From contig CANAUI010000004.1 of NCBI GenBank assembly GCA_947364715.1, forward strand, positions 7,454 to 71,453: a DNA stretch of 64,000 nt, given 5' to 3'. Of the stretch, positions 39,199 through 47,858 are shown in pieces. Every line of letters begins with the position of its first letter. The stretch's first letter is position 1. Position numbers and translations under genes: made by a program. The notes under the pieces were generated by a model. That model saw nothing but the letters and a program-made list of their open reading frames with translations, was not told the DNA's origin and searched no databases. Origin of the DNA: an uncultured Clostridium sp. GTDB lineage: Bacteria; Bacillota; Clostridia; TANB77; CAG-508.

Positions 39199-39252
39199 CA
39201 ATATAATGGTTTCTTTTAAATATACAAGTAAAAAGGTTGATATCTAAATATT
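39199..39252 (-). repeat. Family B module, copy split by the MITE (other part 38981-38994)
   Basis: CAATATAATGGTTTCTTTTAAATATACAAGTAAAAAGGTTGATATCTAAATATT. Confidence 0.55.
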
Positions 39253-39264
39253 AAGAATTTGAAT

Positions 39265-40758
39265 TTATATTTTCAAGTTTAACTCAAAATAAAATTCAAC
39301 TCCATCATCTTTATTAATAACTCCATAATCATTATTATAATTACTCATAATTGCCTTTACAAATGACAAACCAATACCTGTCCCTCCATTTTCCCTATTC
39401 CTAGATTCATCAACTTTATAAAAACGATTCCAAATTCTTGTTAAATCCTCTTCTTTTATATTAATACCTGTATTAAATACCTTTATTCTTACCTTATTTT
39501 TCTCCACATTCACAAAATTTTCTATAATAATTCTTTTGTTTCCATTTACTTCTTCAACATGTTTAATTGCATTTGTTAAATAATTAGTAATAACCTGTTC
39601 TATATAAAAATCATCAGCAATAACATCAATTTCTTCAGGAGATATTAGTTCAACTTCTACTTTTTTTTCTTCTAGCATCACTTGTGATTTTCTAATAACT
39701 TCTTTTTCCAATTCCACCATATTAAATTCTTTATCAGAAAACTCTCTTTTTCCATATTCTAATTTCATTAATTCTAATAGCTGTTTTACTAATTTATCCA
39801 TTTTATTTGTTTCGTCTAAAATAACCTCAGCATAAAATTTTCTACTTTCATCATCTGTATTAACATTTTCTAGTAAGCCTTCACTATATCCTTGTATCAA
39901 AGCAATTGGAGTTTTTAATTCATGTGATACATCTGATATAAAACTTTTTCTCATCTCATCAATTTTTGACTTTTCTTCTATGTCTTTCTCCAATTCTATA
40001 TTAGTATTTCTTAATTGTTTAATTGTTCTTTCTAATTTATCTGACATTATATTAATACTTTTTCCTAAATTATTAATTTCATCATCTGTATCTATTATTC
40101 TATATCTATGGCTAAAATCCAAATTAGACATACTTTTTGCAATTGTATTTAATTCTAATATTGGTTTTGTAAATTTTCTACTTACAAAATTAACAATAAT
40201 AGCTGATACTAAAATAGTAAAACCTGCAATTAAGTATAGAAAATTATTAGATATTTTTACACTTTCTTCTATTGGAGAAACTGGTATTCGAATATATAGC
40301 AAATAATTATTATCTAATCTAGCAGATAACATAATATATGACATCCCCATCTTATCTTCTTTTAATCTTCTAATAATAAATTTATCACTTTCCTCTATCA
40401 ATTCTCCTGCCTTTATCACATTTGTCATGGCATTCATTTGTCCAAATGTTGATAAAAAATCTTTGTTTGATGTAAATATATTTATATTATCATCATCTTT
40501 TATTAAAATATCAAAATTATTATTTATTGCTAATTTCTCTAATTCAGTATTAATATCAATATATATAGGCCTATTATAATAACTATTAATTTTTTTATAT
40601 ACTTCTTTTAAATCTTTTGTTTTTATATATAAGTAAAATTCTCCAAATACAAAATTATTTACTAAAATTAAAAATAGTATAATTAGAACTATAATAAATG
40701 ACAACATAAAAAACAACTTAACTCTTACTGATTTTAATGCATTTGTTATTTTTTCCAT
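39265..40758 (-). CDS. Sensor histidine kinase (two TM, HAMP, HisKA, HATPase)
   Basis: H-box FISDVSHELKTP and G-boxes. The true start is probably ATG 40758 (MEKITNALK), because the 17 upstream ORF-track codons are a read-through of element E3. Confidence 0.85.
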   Translation of the reverse strand: MEKITNALKSVRVKLFFMLSFIIVLIILFLILVNNFVFGEFYLYIKTKDLKEVYKKINSYYNRPIYIDINTELEKLAINNNFDILIKDDDNINIFTSNKDFLSTFGQMNAMTNVIKAGELIEESDKFIIRRLKEDKMGMSYIMLSARLDNNYLLYIRIPVSPIEESVKISNNFLYLIAGFTILVSAIIVNFVSRKFTKPILELNTIAKSMSNLDFSHRYRIIDTDDEINNLGKSINIMSDKLERTIKQLRNTNIELEKDIEEKSKIDEMRKSFISDVSHELKTPIALIQGYSEGLLENVNTDDESRKFYAEVILDETNKMDKLVKQLLELMKLEYGKREFSDKEFNMVELEKEVIRKSQVMLEEKKVEVELISPEEIDVIADDFYIEQVITNYLTNAIKHVEEVNGNKRIIIENFVNVEKNKVRIKVFNTGINIKEEDLTRIWNRFYKVDESRNRENGGTGIGLSFVKAIMSNYNNDYGVINKDDGVEFYFELNLKI

Positions 40759-40767
40759 TTTTAATAT

Positions 40768-40807
40768 TACTCCTTTCCCAAGGCACAAATTTGTTGGAAA
40801 AGACCCC
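40768..40807 (-). promoter_or_regulatory. Family E intercistronic element, copy E3 (3' part only), between the RR and HK genes
   Basis: mRNA sense: GGGGTCTTTTCCAACAAATTTGTGCCTTGGGAAAGGAGTAATATTAAAA ATG. Confidence 0.5.
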
Positions 40808-40816
40808 ATAAACCAT

Positions 40817-41494
40817 TTATTTTACTTTAAATTTATATCCTATACCTCTCATGGTTTGAATATATTTTCCCTTTTTGCCTAATTTATGTCTTATTTTCTT
40901 AATATGACTATCAATAGTTCTGGAATCTCCATAATAATCATAATTCCATACATTATTTAAAATTTTATCTCTTGATAAAGCAATATTTTCATTTTCTACT
41001 AAATATGTTAATAATTCATATTCTCTTAAACTTAATTCAATTGATTTTCCATCTACTTTTACAGTTCTTCCTTCTTTATCAATTTCAATTCCACCATAGT
41101 CTTTTACTTCTTTTTCATCTTGATTTGCTCTTTTCAAAATAGCTTCAACACGTGCAACTAAAATTTTAGGACTAAAAGGTTTTGTAATATATTCATCAGC
41201 ACCTAATTCAAAACCAAACAATTCATCTTGTTCTTCTCCTCTAGCTGTTAACATGATAACTGGTATTTCTGAGTTTTGCCTAATTTGTCTTAATACTGAC
41301 CATCCATCTAATTTAGGCATCATAACATCTAGCAGAATTAGGCTAATTTTATTTTTATTTTCTTCAAATACCTCTATTCCCTTTTCGCCATCTTCTGCTT
41401 CTAATATACTATATCCCTTTGCTACTAAGAAATCTTTTATTAATTTTCTCATTCTTAATTCATCATCTATAACTAAAATACAGTTATTTAGCAT
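40817..41494 (-). CDS. OmpR-family response regulator
   Basis: 225 aa with VIDDE, LILLDVMMPKLDG, LTARGEE and a winged helix. Confidence 0.9.
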   Translation of the reverse strand: MLNNCILVIDDELRMRKLIKDFLVAKGYSILEAEDGEKGIEVFEENKNKISLILLDVMMPKLDGWSVLRQIRQNSEIPVIMLTARGEEQDELFGFELGADEYITKPFSPKILVARVEAILKRANQDEKEVKDYGGIEIDKEGRTVKVDGKSIELSLREYELLTYLVENENIALSRDKILNNVWNYDYYGDSRTIDSHIKKIRHKLGKKGKYIQTMRGIGYKFKVK

Positions 41495-41652
41495 ATTTAC
41501 TCACATTCCTTCCTGATTATAATTGCAATTATTTTTCCAACTTTATTATTTCTATTATATATCATACATAAGTTTTATGTCTATACTGTGAATTTTTTAT
41601 TGCAGTTTTTTTTATTTAATGATATGATATTTTTGATAGGGGTGAATAAATT

Positions 41653-42606
41653 ATGAAACATTTAGAATTTGATTTTTATGATAAAACCAGTTTAAAATCA
41701 TATAACTTAGATAAAACTATGAGATATCAGTTAAACATGTTAGATACATTAGATGTTTTTACAAGAAAACACTGTGAAAATGTAGCATCATTAACTTGTA
41801 GACTTTGTGAATATTTACATTGTAATAAGAAGTTTACAGAATATTGCACTATTTGTGCCTATCTTCATGATATTGGAAAACTATTTATTCCACCTTCTGT
41901 TTTACAAAAACCAGGAAAACTAACTAATGATGAATATGATATTATGAAAAAGCATACTACTTTAGGATATGAAATGTGTATGAAAGACTTAAATTTAAGA
42001 CCATATATTGCTGGTCCTTTATATCATCATGAAGCCTTAAATGGTACAGGTTATCCTCAAGGATTGACTAAAAAAGATATTCCTTATGAAGGCCAAATTA
42101 TACGAGTAGCTGATGAATATGATGCTATTGTTAGTAAAAGGCAATATAAATCTCATATAGGTATTTCTGATACTTTAAAAATTTTAATAGATGAAACAAA
42201 ACCTTCTATTACATCAGAATCTTCTAAAACCTTACAGAAAAAAAATAAAGAAACTTCAAAGTTTGGTAAAAATAATCCTATTATTGTACGTACTCTATTA
42301 AAAGTAGTAATTGATGATATAGGATATGAAATTACTTGTACTCAAAGTTATATCGATTCTTTATTAGAAGATATTAAACGATTAAAACAAATGGCAAAAT
42401 ATAAAGAAAAAATGGAAAAATCCAAAAGTGAAAAAGATAAAAATTATTATTCAGAAGGTATTAAAGTATTAGCAAAACCTGGAGAAACAATTGATAATTT
42501 AGAACAAATTTATCAAGAATATGTAGATGCTTATAATACTAGAAAAGCTATTATTGATAATTTATATCAAGAAATCAAAGTTATAAAAAAAATGCGAAAT
42601 TTATAA
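41653..42606 (+). CDS. HD-GYP domain protein (putative c-di-GMP phosphodiesterase) with coiled-coil C-terminus
   Basis: YLHDIGK and HHEALNGTGYPQGL motifs. Confidence 0.85.
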   Translation: MKHLEFDFYDKTSLKSYNLDKTMRYQLNMLDTLDVFTRKHCENVASLTCRLCEYLHCNKKFTEYCTICAYLHDIGKLFIPPSVLQKPGKLTNDEYDIMKKHTTLGYEMCMKDLNLRPYIAGPLYHHEALNGTGYPQGLTKKDIPYEGQIIRVADEYDAIVSKRQYKSHIGISDTLKILIDETKPSITSESSKTLQKKNKETSKFGKNNPIIVRTLLKVVIDDIGYEITCTQSYIDSLLEDIKRLKQMAKYKEKMEKSKSEKDKNYYSEGIKVLAKPGETIDNLEQIYQEYVDAYNTRKAIIDNLYQEIKVIKKMRNL

Positions 42607-42778
42607 TAATAGAACAAAAGGGGCATGAATAGAACAAAAGAGGCATGATTAAAATTTTATGACCTTTTAGATTACTCTTCATGCCTCGTCTTTGTTCGCC
42701 CGCGAAAATTGCAAAGCAATTTTCTGTGGAATGCTTTATATTATAGGAAGTTCAGAGAACTTTCCTATAATATAATAA
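42607..42778 (+). repeat. a-b-c modular hairpin repeat, copy D2 (best-preserved unit)
   Basis: Module a: 42632-42647 pairs with 42680-42697. Module b: GAAAATTGC-AAA-GCAATTTTC (42704-42724). Module c: 42737-42753 pairs with 42757-42774. Confidence 0.7.
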
Positions 42779-42806
42779 AAGGGATTTAACTTTACTTAAA
42801 TCCCCT
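42776..42806 (-). terminator. Terminator after mazF
   Basis: Minus strand reads GGGGATTTAA-GTAAAG-TTAAATCCC TTTTATT. Confidence 0.55.
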
Positions 42807-42814
42807 TTATGCTT

Positions 42815-43165
42815 TTATTCTTCTAATCCAAAACTCACGCCTAATGCATTATTTACTTTATTAATTATTCTTTCATCATCTATATGTCCTATCTTTTCTT
42901 TTAATCGGCTTTTATCAATTGTTCTTATTTGTTCTGTTAATACTACTGAATTATTTTTCAATCCACAACTTTCTGATTCAATTTCTATATGTGTTGGTAA
43001 TTTATTTTTTCCTGTTTGTGAAGTAATAGCTGCTGCGATAACTGTAGGACTATATTTGTTTCCTAAATCATTTTGAATAATTAATACAGGTCTAATTCCG
43101 CCTTGTTCTGAGCCTACTACTGGACTTAAATCTGCATAAAACATATCTCCTCTTTTTATTACCAA
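42815..43165 (-). CDS. mazF: MazF/EndoA (PemK family) mRNA interferase toxin
   Basis: [46 protein letters not shown] closely follows B. subtilis EndoA as I recall it. The likely start is TTG 43165 after GGGAG. Confidence 0.88.
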   Translation of the reverse strand: MVIKRGDMFYADLSPVVGSEQGGIRPVLIIQNDLGNKYSPTVIAAAITSQTGKNKLPTHIEIESESCGLKNNSVVLTEQIRTIDKSRLKEKIGHIDDERIINKVNNALGVSFGLEE

Positions 43166-43240
43166 TTTTATCACTCCCAATATTGTTATATTATCAAGTA
43201 TGTGTTTTATTTTAAATATTAGCCAAGTAAAGTTTTTAAT

Positions 43241-43852
43241 TTATTTGAACTTTACTTCTTTATATAATATGTAAATTAATGTTTTTTTGCTATTATTCTT
43301 TACTTCCATTTTAGTAGGTTTTCCTGTTTCTTTACTAATATATAGTTTTATATGTTTTACATATGGATTTTGAACATTTTCTGTTTTTAATATAATCTCA
43401 TTATCATTTTCTTCATATTCTTGTTTTTTATCTTGTTTATATATTTCTATAAAAGTATTTAAATCCATGTAATTATTCGTTATATATTGATAATTATTAT
43501 AAATTTTTGATATATTTAAATTAGTATTTTCCACTTTTAATTCATTTTCTGTTTTTTTTATTTTTATACCTCGTATATTTTCTGGTGCTAATACTTCTTG
43601 TTCTGATGTATTTTGTGCTTTATAATTTTGTTTTATAACATATTTATTAACATTTTTGTTACTATTAATTTCTACTTCTATGATGCTTTCATATGAACTA
43701 ATATTTAAAATATTTTCAATAATTTCTTGACTATTATTAGTATTTCCAATTTTTATTTTTTTACTCTTTGTTACACAAAAAAATGTAATAAAAATAATAA
43801 ATATTATACTTGTTATAATTATCAGTTTTTTAAATTTCTTATTTATACTCAA
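43241..43852 (-). CDS. N-terminally anchored hypothetical protein, possibly a GerS/YdcC-like (LolA-fold) sporulation lipoprotein
   Basis: 203 aa with a TM/lipoprotein-like N-terminus ending FFC. Its position directly upstream of mazF mirrors ydcC in the B. subtilis ydcC-alr-ndoAI-ndoA locus. The functional assignment is weak. Confidence 0.35.
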   Translation of the reverse strand: MSINKKFKKLIIITSIIFIIFITFFCVTKSKKIKIGNTNNSQEIIENILNISSYESIIEVEINSNKNVNKYVIKQNYKAQNTSEQEVLAPENIRGIKIKKTENELKVENTNLNISKIYNNYQYITNNYMDLNTFIEIYKQDKKQEYEENDNEIILKTENVQNPYVKHIKLYISKETGKPTKMEVKNNSKKTLIYILYKEVKFK

Positions 43853-43925
43853 AAAAAAGCCCCCTAATAAAAATGTAAACTATTTGCATATCATTTATAC
43901 AAATAGTTTCTTGCTACATCTTATT

Positions 43926-44900
43926 CTATAGGCTTTTAAAATATTCTTCTATTTTACTTGTTAATTCTCTTTTTGTTTCTATCTTATTAATAGAATTTCT
44001 AAATTCACTCGAATTTTTAAGATTTTTCGTATACCACGCAATATGTTTTCTTAATTCTTTAACTGCTATTTCTCCTTTTTCTTCTACTGCTAATTCTATA
44101 TGTTTTTCTATAATCTTTAATTTTTCATTATTTGAAGGCTCATCTATCTTTTTATCATTTTCTAAATATTCTATTATTTGTTTAAATATCCATGGTTTTC
44201 CAAAACATCCTCTCCCTATCATAATACCATCTACACCTGTATATTCAAACATTCTCTTTGCTGATTCACCATCTACCACATCACCATTTCCAATAACAGG
44301 AATATTTACACTTTGTTTCACTTGTTTAATAATATCTAAATCTGCTTTTCCTGAATAAAATTCACTTCTTGTTCTTCCATGTATTGTTATCGCTGATATT
44401 CCAACAGACTCTGCAATTTTTGCTATTTCAACAGCTACAATATTTTCTTTATCCCAACCTTTTCTAATTTTTAATGTTACTGGTACTTCTGAATGTTTAA
44501 CAACTGTTTCTAAAATTTTTTCTGCTTTTTTTAAATCTAATAATAATTTACTCCCATCACCATTTTTAACAACTTTTGGTGCAGGACACCCCATATTTAT
44601 ATCAACAATATCTGCAATCTCACTTACATATTTTGTTGCATATGCCATTGACTCTTCATCACTTCCAAAAATTTGCATACTAATTGGTCTTTTTTCTTCA
44701 TCTGTATTTAGCAATCTTTTGGTTTTTAAGTCATTGTGAAACATTGCTCGTGCACTTGCCATTTCTGTACAAACCATTCCTACTCCATATTGTTTACATA
44801 TCACTCTAAATGGTCTATTTGTAATCCCTGCCATAGGAGCTAATATTAAATTGTTTTCTAATTCTACATTTCCTATTTTTATTTTTTTTATATAACTCAT
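43926..44900 (-). CDS. dusB: tRNA-dihydrouridine synthase
   Basis: 324 aa with LAPMAGITN, INMGCP and IGNGD. Confidence 0.9.
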   Translation of the reverse strand: MSYIKKIKIGNVELENNLILAPMAGITNRPFRVICKQYGVGMVCTEMASARAMFHNDLKTKRLLNTDEEKRPISMQIFGSDEESMAYATKYVSEIADIVDINMGCPAPKVVKNGDGSKLLLDLKKAEKILETVVKHSEVPVTLKIRKGWDKENIVAVEIAKIAESVGISAITIHGRTRSEFYSGKADLDIIKQVKQSVNIPVIGNGDVVDGESAKRMFEYTGVDGIMIGRGCFGKPWIFKQIIEYLENDKKIDEPSNNEKLKIIEKHIELAVEEKGEIAVKELRKHIAWYTKNLKNSSEFRNSINKIETKRELTSKIEEYFKSL

Positions 44901-44926
44901 TATTTCTCCCTATATGATAAACAATT

Positions 44927-46033
44927 TTATTGTACAAATATTGTTTTTTGTCTTTTACCACTAATATTTAATAATATTCCTACACATATAAAATTTGTAA
45001 TTAAAGAACTTCCTCCATAACTAACAAAAGGTAGTGGTACTCCTGTTATCGGTAATAATCCCATAACCATTCCTATATTTTCTATTACATGGAATAAAAA
45101 TATTCCTGTAATTCCAATAGCAATTAAAGACCCTGCTTTATCTTTTGCTGTTTTTGCAATATAAACACCTTTAGTTATTAAATATACATATAATAAAATA
45201 ATACCACATGCTAAAATAAATCCCATTTCCTCTCCAATAACAGAATATATAAAATCTGTTGTTTTTGGATATAAAAATCCTAATTGTGTTTGATTTCCTT
45301 TTAAAATGCCCATTCCTGTTAGTCCACCAGAGCCTATGGCAATTTTAGATTGAATAATATTATACCCTGCTCCTCTAGGGTCTGATTCTGGATTTAAAAA
45401 TACATCAATTCTTGTTTTAGCATGTTCTGGCAATACAAAATTATATAACAAAGGTACTGCAATAACAATTAACAAAATTGTTCCTATAATATATTTTTTA
45501 TCTAAACCTGATGAAAATAACATTAATGCCATTGCTACAATATATGCAGATGCTGTTCCATAATCAGGTTGCATAATAATTAATAAAATCGGTACTCCAA
45601 CAGCTGATAGCACAATTAATAATCTTGTTATTTTATTAATTTCTTCTTGCCCTTTACGTTGAATTTTTATGATAGTATATGCTAAAAACAGTATAACAAA
45701 TATTTTATCAAATTCTCCTGGTTGAAATGAAAAACCTGCTATGTTAAACCAGCTAGTTGCCCCATTAATAGGTGATGTAAACAATACTCCTATTAATAAT
45801 AAAATAAATATACCATATATCACAGGAGATGCTTTTAATAATAAATTGTAATCTATAAACATAACACCTACCATAATAATTAAACTAATTACAAGCCATA
45901 TAATTTGTTTTATAAATTCTTCATATTCAGTTTCTTGTGTGGAAGAAAATAATGCAACTATTCCTATAATACATAGAATAATTGCAGTAATTAAAATTCC
46001 CCACTCCATATTTTTTAATTCTCTTTTTCTCAT
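44927..46033 (-). CDS. rodA: RodA (SEDS-family elongation peptidoglycan polymerase)
   Basis: 368 aa with QPGEF, TDFIYSVIGEE and PFVSYGGSS. Lies downstream of minDE. Confidence 0.85.
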   Translation of the reverse strand: MRKRELKNMEWGILITAIILCIIGIVALFSSTQETEYEEFIKQIIWLVISLIIMVGVMFIDYNLLLKASPVIYGIFILLLIGVLFTSPINGATSWFNIAGFSFQPGEFDKIFVILFLAYTIIKIQRKGQEEINKITRLLIVLSAVGVPILLIIMQPDYGTASAYIVAMALMLFSSGLDKKYIIGTILLIVIAVPLLYNFVLPEHAKTRIDVFLNPESDPRGAGYNIIQSKIAIGSGGLTGMGILKGNQTQLGFLYPKTTDFIYSVIGEEMGFILACGIILLYVYLITKGVYIAKTAKDKAGSLIAIGITGIFLFHVIENIGMVMGLLPITGVPLPFVSYGGSSLITNFICVGILLNISGKRQKTIFVQ

Positions 46034-46088
46034 TAAATCACTCTTTTTCTATTTTATTGTATAAGAAATTTGTCTACATACAATAAAG

Positions 46089-46781
46089 TTAAGTCTCTTT
46101 TTCTTCTGCAACATCTTGCTCACTGTCTGAATTTTTATTTTCTTCTTTTTTATCTGTTTCATGACTTTCATCTTTTTCTTTACTTTTTACTTCAATGTTA
46201 GCACTTTCATTTTTCTTTTCTGTTTCTTTTTCAATGTTAGCATTTTCCTTTTTTTCTTCTGTTTCTTTTTCAATGTTAGCATTTTCCTTTTTTTCTTCTG
46301 TTTCTTTTTCAATGTTAGCATTTTTATTTTTTTCTTCTGTTTCTTTTTCAATATTAGCACTTTCATTTTCTTTTTTTTCTTTATTTTTATTATTTTGTTC
46401 TATATTTTTCTCTTTTTCATCTTTAGCTTGTTCTTCTTTACTTTCTTTTCCTTCTTGTTGTTTATTTTCTCTTTTCTTTGCTTCATTTTTTATATTTAAT
46501 ATAGGAATATTCGCATACAAAGCTGGAGCTCCATTGGTACCATCTTCATTTTCTTTATTGGTTAGTCTTACATCTATTGACCCTTCATCTATATCTATAT
46601 ATTTTTTTATAACTTCTATAATTTCTTGTTTCATTAATTCTAAGAAATCTGCTGAAACATTTGCTCTATCTTGCATAAGAACTAAATGTAATCTTTCTTT
46701 AGCAGCCTCTTTTGAACTTGATGCTGTTTTTTCTTCTCTTTTTCCTATTTTACTAAAGAATTTCATTATGTTTTCAAACAT
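46089..46781 (-). CDS. minE: MinE topological specificity factor with about 130-aa acidic/lysine repeat extension
   Basis: MinE core (FFSK..SSKEAAKERLHLVLMQDR..LELMKQEIIEVIKKYIDI), then 5 tandem 13-aa repeats (E/K)ETEEKKENANIEK. ATG 46781 is preferred over the ORF-track TTG 46799. Confidence 0.85.
   Translation of the reverse strand: MFENIMKFFSKIGKREEKTASSSKEAAKERLHLVLMQDRANVSADFLELMKQEIIEVIKKYIDIDEGSIDVRLTNKENEDGTNGAPALYANIPILNIKNEAKKRENKQQEGKESKEEQAKDEKEKNIEQNNKNKEKKENESANIEKETEEKNKNANIEKETEEKKENANIEKETEEKKENANIEKETEKKNESANIEVKSKEKDESHETDKKEENKNSDSEQDVAEEKET
46191..46385. repeat. Five tandem 39-bp repeats inside minE
   Basis: Units start at 46191, 46230, 46269, 46308 and 46347 (TTCAATGTTAGCATTTTCCTTTTTTTCTTCTGTTTCTTT and variants). 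Confidence 0.9.
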
Positions 46782-46810
46782 TCTCAAATTTCCCTCCAAC
46801 TTTTGTTTTA

Positions 46811-47605
46811 TTATGATTTTCTAAATAATCTTTTTAATTTTGCAAAAAATCCTTCTTCTCTTCCTGGAATTGTTACTTCTATTTTTTCTCCTAATACTCT
46901 TTTAGCTATTTCAATATATGCCTTTCCAGATGGTGCTTTTCTATTTTGAATAACAGGCTCTCCTTTATTAGTTTGTGTAATGATATATTCGTCATCTGGC
47001 ACAACACCAACTAAATCGATGGATAATAAATCAACAATATCATCAACATCCATCATTTCTCCTTTTCTTACCATATTGGGTCTTATTCTATTTACAACTA
47101 ATTCTGGATTTTTTATATCAGAAGATTCTAAAAGTCCTATAATTCTATCTGCATCCCTTATTGCAGATATCTCTGCTGTTGTAACAACAATTGCTCTATC
47201 TGCTCCAGCAATAGCATTTTTGAATCCTTGCTCTATTCCTGCTGGACAATCTATTAATATGTAGTCAAATTCTTCTTTTAATTTGTCTACTAAATCTTTC
47301 ATTTGTTTTTCATTTACTGCACTTTTATCTCTTGTTTGGGCTGCTGGTAATAGGTATAACTCTTTGAATCTTTTATCTTTTATTAATGCTTGTCTTAGTT
47401 TACATTTTTCTTCTACAACATCAACAATATCATATACAATTCTATTTTCTAATCCCATAACAACATCTAAATTACGCAATCCTATATCTGTATCTATTAA
47501 TACTACTTTTTTTCCTTCTAATGCTAAACTTGACCCCAAATTTGCTGTTGTGGTTGTTTTTCCTACTCCACCTTTTCCTGATGTTATAACAATTACTTCT
47601 CCCAT
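46811..47605 (-). CDS. minD: Septum site-determining ATPase MinD
   Basis: 264 aa with the deviant Walker A SGKGGVGKTT and a C-terminal amphipathic helix (FFAKLKRLF). Confidence 0.93.
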   Translation of the reverse strand: MGEVIVITSGKGGVGKTTTTANLGSSLALEGKKVVLIDTDIGLRNLDVVMGLENRIVYDIVDVVEEKCKLRQALIKDKRFKELYLLPAAQTRDKSAVNEKQMKDLVDKLKEEFDYILIDCPAGIEQGFKNAIAGADRAIVVTTAEISAIRDADRIIGLLESSDIKNPELVVNRIRPNMVRKGEMMDVDDIVDLLSIDLVGVVPDDEYIITQTNKGEPVIQNRKAPSGKAYIEIAKRVLGEKIEVTIPGREEGFFAKLKRLFRKS

Positions 47606-47650
47606 AATTCTCCTCCTTAGGATTTAAAAACACATATTTTTGATGTGTAT

Positions 47651-47679
47651 ATCATATAACGAAATACATTAATTGTCAA
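47651..47679 (-). promoter_or_regulatory. Putative sigma-A promoter for minD-minE-rodA
   Basis: Minus strand reads TTGACA-17 nt-TATGAT. Confidence 0.5.
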
Positions 47680-47777
47680 TGATATTTTACCCTAAAATTA
47701 CAAAAACATTGCTAATATATTACATTTTTGTTACACATCAATTATATTAATACCTTTTATATTATAGGAAGTAATAT

Positions 47778-47831
47778 AAAAGTCACTTCATAAAATATTA
47801 CCAATTTTAAATATTTTATAAAATGACTTTT
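47778..47831 (-). terminator. Long hairpin / terminator after the 177-aa pilin-like gene
   Basis: AAAAGTCA..ATAAAATATT..AATATTTTAT..TGACTTTT nested inverted repeats followed by a T-rich tail. Confidence 0.45.
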
Positions 47832-47858
47832 AACAAAAAATATTCTATTTTAAATAAA

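Noticed and set aside
40759-40809. 17-codon N-terminal extension of the histidine kinase (MGSFPTNLCLGKGVILK)
   Set aside because: It is a translation of the conserved non-coding element E3. A proper AAAGGAG RBS precedes the ATG at 40758.
46191-46385. Regular 39-bp repeats as a possible CRISPR array
   Set aside because: The repeats are contiguous with no unique spacers, lie in frame within minE and encode a 13-aa peptide repeat. No cas genes are present.
46161-46824. Two plus-strand ORFs rich in FFF/SFS repeats
   Set aside because: They are a mirror image of the minE repeat tail. The minus-strand frame encodes a bona fide MinE core.
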